Made by a program: the position numbers and the translations under genes
Shown: positions 1-8,289 of the stretch, in pieces
Position numbering within the stretch: the stretch's first letter is position 1
Layout of the letters: each line of letters opens with the position of its first letter
The notes under the pieces: model-generated
What the model saw: the letters and a program-made list of their open reading frames with translations, nothing else
What the model was told of the DNA's origin: nothing
The model's database searches: none
Assembly: GCA_021650915.1 (NCBI GenBank)
Contig: CP091279.1
Location: 1,530,001-1,562,000, forward strand
From: Candidatus Brocadia sp.
GTDB lineage: Bacteria; Planctomycetota; Brocadiia; Brocadiales; Brocadiaceae
Length of the DNA: 32,000 bases
Direction: 5' to 3'

Positions 1-1147
1 CGTCTTCTGCAAAATCGTTTGTTTCTATAAAGGCATAAGCGCCTTCGCCAACCAATTCAAATGGCCCCTTTTGATATGCAAAATCCAACGCCGGAATGGT
101 TATCTGATTCTCGTTTTTGTCATCATACCGCTGCGTATAGGTAGAACCGCCAAATTCCAAACCGATAAATGGGCTATACGCAATGCGTCCGACAACACCA
201 GGGCTCTGATTCTCGTTATCAAACTCAAATCCCCCCCGGGAGGCTCTCAAACCTCTGTTGGCCGTAAAATCTGAGTCGCCAGCATCATCTAAACCATGAA
301 ATACACCATTGGTAACGTAAACTTCATAATCAAGCTTGCCCAACTCTGTCGGATAAAGACTGCCAAAGAACCCCATCCCAGCATCCGTAAGGGTCGTTGG
401 GATGATATATTGACTTATTAAGGGACGATCCGTAAGGTCTTGCAGAGGGGAATCATGAACCAGATTAAACTTTCCCAGAGGGGTAAGAATGAAACCAGCC
501 CGGTAGTTAATCCAGTCCGTTATTAAAAAATCCATGGTTGCAAATTCCAGAATCACCTCACCGTCCCTGCCCCCTTCAACGCCGCCATGCTCAAATTCAA
601 TTTCTGCCGCAAGCTTTACACGATCCGAGATGTCAGAATATATGAAGGGTATGAACCTGTGCTGGTCAAAACCGTGATTTCCGCTATCGGATTCAGACGC
701 CCAGTATTCAAAATCCATATAACCGCCGACATAAGTATTTCTCCCGAACCTGCGCAAAAATGGCTTCGTGTAAGGGTCACGAAAGGCGGGGCCAAGGTGC
801 TTTTTTTCAACGTCATCATATTTCTTGGCAAAATATGCCTCGCCACCGATTGACCCCTCTTCGCTGGGAACAACCTGAGTCTCCGCTACTTCTTTCTTTA
901 ACGAAGCGATCTCCTTATCCTTCTTTGCGTCCTTCTCCCGTAATTCAGCAATTTCCTGCCCCTTCTTCATGTCTCTTTCAAGCTGCTGCTTGAGGAGGTC
1001 CTTTACCTCGGACAACTCCTTTTCCATCTTATCGACCTTGCTCCTCAACATCTCCGTTTCAGAAGACTCTGCAAATGCATTCGAAATGAAAAACACCGGC
1101 ACCAGGCATAATGCAACTATCAGTGCCCCATACCACATAAACCGCAT
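1..1147 (-). CDS. Outer-membrane porin-like beta-barrel protein with a signal peptide and N-terminal coiled coil. The 3' end runs off the window, so it has no stop and is absent from the ORF track.
   Basis: Manual translation of the - strand starts at ATG 1147, with an AAAGGAGGAA Shine-Dalgarno encoded at 1151-1160. It reads MRFMWYGALIVALCLVPVFFISNAFAESSETEMLRSKVDKMEKELSEVKDLLKQQLERDMKKGQEIAELREKDAKKDKEIASLKKE..., followed by Gly/aromatic-rich beta-strand-like sequence (..RNTYVGGYMDFEYWASESD..KLAAEIEFEHGG..ILEFATMDFLITDWINYRAGFILTPLGKFN..). The frame stays open to position 2. The OprO/P-like assignment is by resemblance only. Confidence 0.6.
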   Translation of the reverse strand, partial: MRFMWYGALIVALCLVPVFFISNAFAESSETEMLRSKVDKMEKELSEVKDLLKQQLERDMKKGQEIAELREKDAKKDKEIASLKKEVAETQVVPSEEGSIGGEAYFAKKYDDVEKKHLGPAFRDPYTKPFLRRFGRNTYVGGYMDFEYWASESDSGNHGFDQHRFIPFIYSDISDRVKLAAEIEFEHGGVEGGRDGEVILEFATMDFLITDWINYRAGFILTPLGKFNLVHDSPLQDLTDRPLISQYIIPTTLTDAGMGFFGSLYPTELGKLDYEVYVTNGVFHGLDDAGDSDFTANRGLRASRGGFEFDNENQSPGVVGRIAYSPFIGLEFGGSTYTQRYDDKNENQITIPALDFAYQKGPFELVGEGAYAFIETNDFAED

Positions 1148-1491
1148 TTTTTCCTCCTTTCAAAAATCACATAAAAATTGAATGAGACTCACTCTCAACC
1201 AAAGACAGGCCAAATTATATTCATTCTCTCACGATTGTCAAGAGTAATTTTAAATAAAATGAATGCTCAAAGAAGAAGCATGTTCCGGCTTAGGTTTGAA
1301 CGGAGGTCTGCCGGTCATGTCACATGCCGCGCCCCTGCACGGCAACGGATGTTGTTATTGGATTTTTCCAAAAAACTCCTGTATTGCATTTTAAAAACAT
1401 TTGCATAATTTGATCCGGTTTGTTATTATTCTTCAGGATAAAAGAGGGATGGTAAACCACTTTTTGTATTGACATTTTGAGGAAAGAACGT

Positions 1492-2733
1492 ATGGCAAAG
1501 AAGGCTGCGGGGACTAAAAAGAGCTGTTCTTTTTGTGGGAGAAACTATGATGCGGTGAGCCGTTTGATTCAGGGCGATGCAGATACCTACATCTGCAATG
1601 AATGCGTTGATGCATGCCACCTGCTGCTGAAAAAAGACCAAAAGCACATCCCGTCAAAACCTATCGGGAAAATACCCACCCCGCCACAAATCAAAGAACA
1701 TCTGGATGAATACATCATAGGTCAGGAGAAGGCAAAAAAAACGCTTGCCGTTGCAGTATACAACCATTATAAGCGGTTAATTACGAGGACCAGCAGTGAG
1801 GGTGTTGAAATAGAAAAAAGCAATATTTTGCTTATCGGCCCCACGGGTTCCGGGAAGACACTTCTTGCACGCACCCTCGCCAAAATCCTTGATGTTCCTT
1901 TTACTATTGCAGACGCCACCACCCTTACCGAGGCAGGCTACGTGGGAGAAGACGTGGAAAATGTGCTCTTAGGCCTGTTAAGAAATGCCGATTTCAATCT
2001 CCAGCGCGCACAGCAGGGCATTATTTATATTGACGAAATTGACAAGATCGCCAGGAAGAGCACGAACCCCTCAATCACCCGGGATGTCTCCGGCGAGGGG
2101 GTGCAGCAGGCCCTTCTGAAGATGCTGGAAGGGACGATCTCAAACATACCTCCTCAGGGCGGCAGGAAGCACCCTGAACAGCAGTATATTCAAATGGACA
2201 CGAGGGACATTCTTTTCATCTGCGGTGGAACATTTACCGGGATCGAGGAGATTATCCGGCGGAGGATTGGAAAAACCAACATCGGATTTGACTCCGGCAA
2301 AGAAGATAAACAGGATGAATCTTTCGCTGATATCCTGGGCAAAATCGAAGTTGAGGACATTATTGATTACGGAATGATTGTGGAGTTTGTCGGACGCCTG
2401 CCCATTATTGCGCCCCTCATGCCCCTGACTCAGGACGACCTGGTCAAGGTCATGACGGAGCCAAAAAATTCACTCGTCAAGCAATATCAAAAATTCTTCG
2501 AGATGGAAGAGACCCGGCTCGAATTCACTCACGAGGCCTTACGAGAAATCAGCAAAAAGGCCCTCGAAAAGAAGACGGGAGCGCGGGCGCTTCGGGCCAT
2601 ATTTGAGAGTTTTATGCTGGATGCCATGTATCACCTCCCTTCCCAGAAAGGCGATTCTTCTTTTTTGGTTACTCCCGAAGTCGTTCATGGCAAAACACCG
2701 CTGCTGGCGCAGAAATACAAGAAAACTGCGTAA
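1492..2733 (+). CDS. clpX: ATP-dependent Clp protease ATP-binding subunit ClpX
   Basis: N-terminal zinc-binding CSFCG..CNECV motif, Walker A GPTGSGKT, Walker [10 protein letters not shown] and sensor region TGARALR. I prefer ATG 1492 ([16 protein letters not shown]), preceded by GAGGAAAG, over the track's TTG at 1477. Confidence 0.97.
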   Translation: MAKKAAGTKKSCSFCGRNYDAVSRLIQGDADTYICNECVDACHLLLKKDQKHIPSKPIGKIPTPPQIKEHLDEYIIGQEKAKKTLAVAVYNHYKRLITRTSSEGVEIEKSNILLIGPTGSGKTLLARTLAKILDVPFTIADATTLTEAGYVGEDVENVLLGLLRNADFNLQRAQQGIIYIDEIDKIARKSTNPSITRDVSGEGVQQALLKMLEGTISNIPPQGGRKHPEQQYIQMDTRDILFICGGTFTGIEEIIRRRIGKTNIGFDSGKEDKQDESFADILGKIEVEDIIDYGMIVEFVGRLPIIAPLMPLTQDDLVKVMTEPKNSLVKQYQKFFEMEETRLEFTHEALREISKKALEKKTGARALRAIFESFMLDAMYHLPSQKGDSSFLVTPEVVHGKTPLLAQKYKKTA

Positions 2734-2869
2734 GGATTATTTTAAAGGTTCAGCGAACGTTGCTTTTCGTATAAACCTTACCGGCTGTTTAGCAATCGGC
2801 ATGCGCAGACCTGAATTCACATCAATCTTTGCATGAAACCGTAAAAGAGCAACCCGCTTTCAAACTGCA

Positions 2870-4021
2870 TTAACAGCAACTCCCCGGTTCGCAACACGAA
2901 GAATTACCTTCGTTTGTTATGTTGTATTCCTCACCTTTTGTCTCACGGGAGGATCTGACCAGCATTTCCCCGGTGCAGGGGAAGGGTTGCGCATGCTCTT
3001 CCGGGATTTCTTTCGTCGGCCTTATGAATTCAAAAAAATTCGCATATGGCTCGCGCCCCAGGATATTGAATGTCTTACGGCAGACAGAGACGCGCACCCC
3101 GCGGCGGTAGCGGTGGCCGTCATCATCGGTAATCTCCTGAAACGGCCCTTTATACACAACCGACTCCTTGTGGTCCCGACATGGTCCTTCTTTTCCTTTG
3201 TAAGCCAGCACCGTAATGCTTCGGAACTCGATGCCCTGAACCGTTCGCCATGGTCTTTCGTCGCGCTTGGCAATGGTGATCCCATAAAACCCGGCATCCT
3301 CAAATGCCCTGAGAAATTCGCACTCCTGAAGCGCACCAGAGACACATCCACTCCATAACTCCGGATCCTGCTGCAATTTCAGTGAAACCGGCTCGTCGGA
3401 TACGATGTCGCTGATTGCGGCGCGTCCGCCCCGTTTCAGCGCCCGATAAATCTCCCGGAAAAGCCTGGTTTTTTCTTTGTGATCCACGAGATTTAAGACA
3501 CAATTACTGATCACAACGTCAATCGACCCGTCAGGAATCAGGGGAGATGTTTCACCGATCTGTTGTATATATGACTCCAGCAGAGCAAGGTCGGATTCAC
3601 TTTTTATCGGGTTCCGTTTCAACCATGCATCAAGCGCATCTCTGTCGATGCGCAAATCCTGTATCTTGCCCTTACGGAACTCGACATTCGTATATCCAAG
3701 GCGTTTTGACACCTCGCTATTTGCCCTGCGGGCGAGCGCAAGCATCTCATCGTTCATGTCAACCCCAATTATCCGTCCGGAGGGCCCGACTACCTGGCTT
3801 GCGATGAAACAGATTTTGCCGCCGCCTGATCCCAAATCCAGAACCGTTTCGCCCTTGCGTACATATTGTGAAGGATCACCACAGCCATAATCACGATCCA
3901 ATACCTCCTGGGGAATGATTTTCAGATATTGTGGATCATACGTAACAGGACAGCACAGTAATTCTTCCTTTTGAGATGCTGCCATACGATAACGATTTAA
4001 AACCGCCTGTTCTGTCATCAT
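2870..4021 (-). CDS. arsM: Arsenite S-adenosylmethionine methyltransferase (ArsM-type)
   Basis: SAM-binding VLDLGSGGG..GVDMNDEML. Cys residues sit at the four positions typical of ArsM (N-terminal CC, GCGDP, SNCVLNL, SGCVSGAL). The Cys-rich tail ends SSCCEPGSCC. The gene lies directly downstream of an arsS-like gene. Confidence 0.85.
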   Translation of the reverse strand: MMTEQAVLNRYRMAASQKEELLCCPVTYDPQYLKIIPQEVLDRDYGCGDPSQYVRKGETVLDLGSGGGKICFIASQVVGPSGRIIGVDMNDEMLALARRANSEVSKRLGYTNVEFRKGKIQDLRIDRDALDAWLKRNPIKSESDLALLESYIQQIGETSPLIPDGSIDVVISNCVLNLVDHKEKTRLFREIYRALKRGGRAAISDIVSDEPVSLKLQQDPELWSGCVSGALQECEFLRAFEDAGFYGITIAKRDERPWRTVQGIEFRSITVLAYKGKEGPCRDHKESVVYKGPFQEITDDDGHRYRRGVRVSVCRKTFNILGREPYANFFEFIRPTKEIPEEHAQPFPCTGEMLVRSSRETKGEEYNITNEGNSSCCEPGSCC

Positions 4022-4120
4022 AACTCACGACCTCTTTCATAAAAGGACAGTCATCTAAGGTAACCGGCAGGCCAAAAACGGGAATCTTACGAACGCATTG
4101 CTGTTATACTCCACAGGCTC

Positions 4121-4168
4121 ACAATTTATAATTTATAGTAGTTCAGCACGGACAAACAGAGTTTGTCC
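4121..4168 (-). promoter_or_regulatory. Putative operator plus A/T box upstream of arsM
   Basis: Perfect 8-3-8 palindrome GGACAAAC-AGA-GTTTGTCC at 4150-4168. A/T box at 4121-4134 (+ strand ACAATTTATAATTT; - strand AAATTATAAATTGT, containing a TATAAA -10-like hexamer). Both motifs recur upstream of arsS. Confidence 0.5.
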
Positions 4169-4260
4169 ATGCCACCTTATTATCAATTTAAAATTCACAT
4201 TTTATGAGCATCTTGAGTATAACTAACCCAGTCAGGGTTCTAAACCCCGACTGGATTGAC

Positions 4261-5304
4261 TCACAAATTTCGTGCTTTGGATTTTCTCTTTTCCGGCTTG
4301 TTCGGGTCAGGATGTGTGGACTCATCCATTGACCATGCCTTTGAAGCCAGTGCACCACCGCAACTGCTTCCTGCCCCCGCAGTGCAACCAAAGCAGTGTG
4401 CGCCGGTTGCGATGCAACCATGATTAAACTCCTCAAACGATTCGATATCCCAAAGTGATTTATGACGACCACCAATCGGAATTTCGAGCATTTGATTAAA
4501 ATCGCAGTCATAAAGCCGGCCATCCCATCCAACGGAAACGAGCGTCCTGCACATCAGGCTGTCGACCGTCTGTGGATTGAATGCGCTGATCAGAAGTTCT
4601 CGGTAACGTTCCATCTGTCCGGCACGTTCGAGATATTCCTTCCATCTCCTGATTGGCATATTTGTCATCGTGTACAAATGATTGAACTCGATTCCAAATT
4701 TTTCCTGCAGTTCCTTTCTATACTGTTTTTCTAATCCTTCCTGGGACGAAGGAAGGAATGCCCCGGCAGGATTATAAACCAAATCTAACCGTAACCCGCT
4801 CCCTGCCAGTCCATACCCCAGGGAATTCAGCATACGCAATGCTGTAATGCTCTTAGCAAATACCCCCTTGCCACGCTGTTTGTCCACATTTTCCCTGGAA
4901 TAGCAAGGCAGCGATGCAATAATTTCAACGGAATTGTCCCGAAAAAATGCTGCCAGGTCTTCCTGCCCCTTCACCAGCAGAATGGTGAGGTTGCATCGAT
5001 CCGTGACACGGCGTCCCAATGAACGAGAACGGGTAACCATGGAACGAAATACCGGATTCAGCTCCGGGGCGCCTCCGGTAAAATCGATACGTTCAATTGA
5101 CGGCGTCGCGGCAAGGAGGCTGATTACCCGGTCCGCCGTTTCCTCCGCCATGATTTCCGTCCTCCCCGGGCCGGCATCCACATGACAATGAGCGCAAGCC
5201 TGGTTGCATAATTTTCCCACGTTTATCTGGAGCGTTTTCAGCGTCTCGCGGCAGAGACGGACGTCATGCAGTCGTAAGGTGTCTTCAAAATGTATCGTTG
5301 GCAT
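4261..5304 (-). CDS. arsS: Arsenosugar-biosynthesis radical SAM protein ArsS (radical SAM/Cys-rich family, Cys form)
   Basis: Radical-SAM cluster motif CNQACAHC (CxxxCxxC), TGGAPELNP, and C-terminal CFGCTAGAGSSCGG. That last Cys is a TGC codon, not TGA. I set the start at ATG 5304 (MPTIHFEDTL.., GGAG 5 nt upstream). The track's extra 60 aa (5305-5484) translate the regulatory and repeat region. Confidence 0.85.
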   Translation of the reverse strand: MPTIHFEDTLRLHDVRLCRETLKTLQINVGKLCNQACAHCHVDAGPGRTEIMAEETADRVISLLAATPSIERIDFTGGAPELNPVFRSMVTRSRSLGRRVTDRCNLTILLVKGQEDLAAFFRDNSVEIIASLPCYSRENVDKQRGKGVFAKSITALRMLNSLGYGLAGSGLRLDLVYNPAGAFLPSSQEGLEKQYRKELQEKFGIEFNHLYTMTNMPIRRWKEYLERAGQMERYRELLISAFNPQTVDSLMCRTLVSVGWDGRLYDCDFNQMLEIPIGGRHKSLWDIESFEEFNHGCIATGAHCFGCTAGAGSSCGGALASKAWSMDESTHPDPNKPEKRKSKARNL

Positions 5305-5321
5305 GCATGCTCCAGAGACTG

Positions 5322-5393
5322 ACAGTTTATAATTTGCAAACTTGATAATGCGCCATAGTCTATGGAGACGACACGGACAAACAAGATTTGTCC
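5322..5393 (-). promoter_or_regulatory. Putative operator plus A/T box upstream of arsS
   Basis: Palindrome GGACAAA-CAAGA-TTTGTCC at 5375-5393, the same 19-nt footprint and CAC prefix as at 4150-4168. A/T box ACAGTTTATAATTT at 5322-5335 matches 4121-4134 at 13 of 14 positions. Confidence 0.5.
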
Positions 5394-5439
5394 GCCCCCC
5401 CCTCCCAGCGTGCAGTCGTAAATGCAAAAGGAACGTTAC

Positions 5440-5582
5440 CATTACATGGGCATCGGCCCGAAGCAATCGTTCAACTGAACTCACAACGAAGCCTCAAGAA
5501 CTGGCTTGCTTCGCTGCCGCTCGCAATGTATTACCTGTCGGCTTACTTGTAACGTTAACGATAGGGTGCGGCCTGTGCTGCA
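5440..5582. repeat. Copy of a dispersed composite palindromic repeat (inverted pair of CATTGCGAG..CGAAGCAATC-type units plus a GC hairpin)
   Basis: Degenerate unit CATTACATGGGCATCGGCCCGAAGCAATC at 5440-5469. Inverted unit TTGCTTCGCTGCCGCTCGCAATG at 5506-5528. Tail GGTGCGGCCTGTGCTGC at 5566-5582. The same parts occur at 12068-12198. Confidence 0.6.
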
Positions 5583-5588
5583 TTATCG

Positions 5589-6137
5589 TTATCCGGGATG
5601 TTCCTTTTTTGGGGATTCCGGATAATCCTTTTCAATAATAATGGCCTTCCTCTCCCACAGGTCTCTTTTCTTATTAAAGCTCCAGGCGTAGTTTTCTTTC
5701 CCGTTTATCTTATGAACGGCAATGGCGGATTTATCAATCCGGAAACTACTTTTGTCCGCACCCTGAACAAAGAAATCCAGGTCATACCGATTACCATCCT
5801 TCCCTGAAAAATCAGCACAAACAAAATACTCATCCGCCTTTGTCGGACTGAGTTTGTCTTTATGCACCTGTTCAAGCATCAGTTCCAGTTCCTTCCCCGT
5901 GGTTATATCCAGATATTTAAAAATTCCTTCCCGTGAATTCTTCCCGACGTATTCTTCGGCGAATTTTGCCACATCTTCCCTGGTAACACGTGGTTTTTGC
6001 TCAACGGCAGCATATCCACCGCGCGGATGCTCCGGATGCTCTCCCGCGAAGAGACCGGATGAAGCGCCCCCTGCTAACATCATCGATACTACTGCACTGA
6101 TACACAATCCCTTTCCCGGTATTATAGACAGATTCAT
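5589..6137 (-). CDS. Secreted protein of unknown function, tandem paralog 1 (182 aa, Sec-type signal peptide)
   Basis: AAGGAG Shine-Dalgarno 8 nt before ATG 6137 and a hydrophobic N-terminus (GLCISAVVSMMLAGGASSGLFA). It aligns along its length with the next gene, for example EYFVCADFSGKDGNRYDLDFFVQG against EYFVCVNFTGRDGRTYDLDFFVQG. Confidence 0.8.
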   Translation of the reverse strand: MNLSIIPGKGLCISAVVSMMLAGGASSGLFAGEHPEHPRGGYAAVEQKPRVTREDVAKFAEEYVGKNSREGIFKYLDITTGKELELMLEQVHKDKLSPTKADEYFVCADFSGKDGNRYDLDFFVQGADKSSFRIDKSAIAVHKINGKENYAWSFNKKRDLWERKAIIIEKDYPESPKKEHPG

Positions 6138-6209
6138 ACTTGGTTCTCCTTTACAGAACGGTAAATAAATTTAGAACTTGCACCGGCATGCCCGGCAGTA
6201 GTTACCTTC

Positions 6210-6758
6210 TTAAGGATAATCCGGCTTCGGGTATGCAGGCTGCGCTGATTGTTTCTCTTCTGTTTCTATGATCTTCTTTGTCCACACATCCTTTTTCTCA
6301 TGGTAGACCCACACGTAGCATTCCTTTCCATTTACCTTATGGATAGAAATACCCTTTTTATCAATGGTGAAATACCGTTTGCTTTTTCCTTGCACAAAAA
6401 AATCAAGATCGTAGGTCCTGCCGTCTCGTCCGGTAAAGTTGACGCAGACAAAATATTCATTTTTTCTTGTCTTCGAGAGTTTTTCGCGATGGATATTATC
6501 AAGGATGAGTTCCAGGTCTTTTTTCGCATTCTTATCATAATATGTAAAAAGGCCGTCTTTTGAATTTCTTAAGATGTATTCATTAGTAAACGTTGTCACA
6601 TCCTCAAGGGTTACCGATGACATTTCCCTTTCTTTGCGTTGCATTGTCTGTTCCGGATGATCGCCATATACCGGCAGAATCCGTACGGCTCCCATGCACG
6701 TCATCAATACGACGGCACCGGCAATGAAGCCACGTCTTGTTCTTCCGAACAGGTTCAT
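6210..6758 (-). CDS. Secreted protein of unknown function, tandem paralog 2 (182 aa, twin-arginine-like signal)
   Basis: I set the start at ATG 6758 (MNLFGRTRRGFIAGAVVLMTCMGAV), with AAAGGAG upstream. TRRGFIA fits the Tat S/T-R-R-x-F-L pattern. The track's 57-aa extension (6759-6929) has no support. Length is identical to paralog 1. Confidence 0.8.
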   Translation of the reverse strand: MNLFGRTRRGFIAGAVVLMTCMGAVRILPVYGDHPEQTMQRKEREMSSVTLEDVTTFTNEYILRNSKDGLFTYYDKNAKKDLELILDNIHREKLSKTRKNEYFVCVNFTGRDGRTYDLDFFVQGKSKRYFTIDKKGISIHKVNGKECYVWVYHEKKDVWTKKIIETEEKQSAQPAYPKPDYP

Positions 6759-7144
6759 GATTATCGCTCCTTTCCGTTCATCAAAAATGGCGGCGCCCCC
6801 GTGACCAAAGAAGCCTTGCTGCAAAGGAATATTCACACAAACATCTTCGCCAGCGGGCCGTTTTTTTATCGGGGAGGATATTGCACTATGCTGTGACAAA
6901 AAATTCCTTACCCGGCGTCCCCTGATCACTCAGGAGTTCGTCTTTATCAGGCTGATTGTCTCCTTTTCATATATAAACCTGTATCGAGTGTGTGTCAAGC
7001 GAAAATCGCATTATCCTGTATCGGTGTCCCGTCCGGCGGGAATTGCTTTTTTCAAAAAATGCCAGTTTGATTTTTTCGACTATCGCAGTATTCCACCCCT
7101 TTGAAAATAGTCCTCTGAACCATATACGCGGCTGACAAAGGAGT

Positions 7145-7173
7145 TTGACACCCATAGCATATTATGCTATTAT
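7145..7173 (+). promoter_or_regulatory. Sigma-70-type promoter for hemC with an overlapping perfect palindrome
   Basis: TTGACA (7145-7150), a 17-nt spacer, then TATTAT (7168-7173). The spacer and -10 contain the perfect 8-1-8 palindrome ATAGCATA-T-TATGCTAT (7154-7170). Confidence 0.5.
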
Positions 7174-7232
7174 CAAACGCGGCCTTTTGCGTTAATTCAT
7201 TAATTTTTTTATCAAAATGGAGAGAATCTGCA

Positions 7233-8189
7233 TTGACAAAGGAAAAACAGGTTATCGTAGGTTCCAGGGGCAGTAAACTTGCGCTCATTCAGACAAATTG
7301 GGTCATATCAGAGCTCAAAAAGTTAAATCCCGGATATGAATTTAGGATCGAAAAAATTTCTACCAAGGGCGACAAGATTACCGATGCACCCTTATCACGT
7401 TTAGGGGGAGTTGGTCTCTTTACCAAGGAACTGGAGACGGCGTTAATGAAGGGCAAGATTGACCTTGCCGTCCACAGCGCCAAAGACGTGCCAACGGAGC
7501 TGCACGAGGGGCTAATGATCGGCGCTACACCCACTCGTGAAGACCCTCATGACGCCCTTATCAGTAACAATAATGCCAATTTGGAAAAGCTGCCGGATAA
7601 TGCGCGTATTGGCACCAGCAGCCTTCGGAGAAGGGCGCAACTCCTCGCCTTTCGTCCCGATTTTAAAATCCTGGACCTCCGGGGCAATCTGGATACACGG
7701 CTGAAAAAACTTGAAACTGATGACCTGGACGCCATTGTCGTTGCCCATGCAGGATTGCGGAGAATGGGTTATACCGGGCCCATCAGCCAGATCATCCCGT
7801 TTGATATCATGCTTCCGGCTGTGGGACAAGGTTCGCTTTGCATCGAAATTCGCAAAGATGATGCGCGGATTCAAAAACTTGTTTCATGTCTGAACGACGC
7901 ACAAACCCGAATCGCAATAGAAGCGGAGCGGGCGCTTTTAGCAAAACTGCAAGGCGGATGTCAGGTGCCTATTGGGGCACATGCGCAAATACAGAAGCAT
8001 GAGGTGTTCCTTGAGGCGATTATTTGCACCGCGGACGGTGGCCATACCATCAAGGATAGCCACCACGGCCCTTCCACGCAAGCTGCAGCACTGGGAGAAG
8101 AACTTGCCGGGAGGATGCTGGAAAGCGGCGGCAAGAGAATCCTCCATGAAATTCGGCAGGAATTTCAGTCACGCGTTGACCACCTATAA
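7233..8189 (+). CDS. hemC: Hydroxymethylbilane synthase (porphobilinogen deaminase)
   Basis: VIVGSRGSKLALIQT near the N-terminus, then GNLDTRLKKL, AVGQGSL and LQGGCQVPIG (cofactor Cys). I prefer TTG 7233 with GGAGAG 8 nt upstream, giving 318 aa, a typical HemC length. The track's ATG 7164 lies inside the predicted promoter and palindrome, though 7164 remains possible. Confidence 0.93.
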   Translation: MTKEKQVIVGSRGSKLALIQTNWVISELKKLNPGYEFRIEKISTKGDKITDAPLSRLGGVGLFTKELETALMKGKIDLAVHSAKDVPTELHEGLMIGATPTREDPHDALISNNNANLEKLPDNARIGTSSLRRRAQLLAFRPDFKILDLRGNLDTRLKKLETDDLDAIVVAHAGLRRMGYTGPISQIIPFDIMLPAVGQGSLCIEIRKDDARIQKLVSCLNDAQTRIAIEAERALLAKLQGGCQVPIGAHAQIQKHEVFLEAIICTADGGHTIKDSHHGPSTQAAALGEELAGRMLESGGKRILHEIRQEFQSRVDHL

Positions 8190-8289
8190 ACCCTACCATA
8201 CGATCTTAAGTGAAAGGTGTCGAAGGACAAAAAACCGAGAGAAGATTTTGTTTGACAATTCAATACGCAAGACATAACCTTAAAATCAT

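Noticed and set aside
1492-2733. clpX without an adjacent clpP.
   Set aside because: Orphan clpX loci are common and clpP may lie elsewhere. This is not informative from one window.
5305-5638. The N-terminal 60-aa extension of the arsS ORF, and the 98-aa + strand ORF at 5342-5638.
   Set aside because: Both translate the operator, A/T box and dispersed repeat region. The internal ATG 5304 has a GGAG and begins the conserved ArsS sequence.
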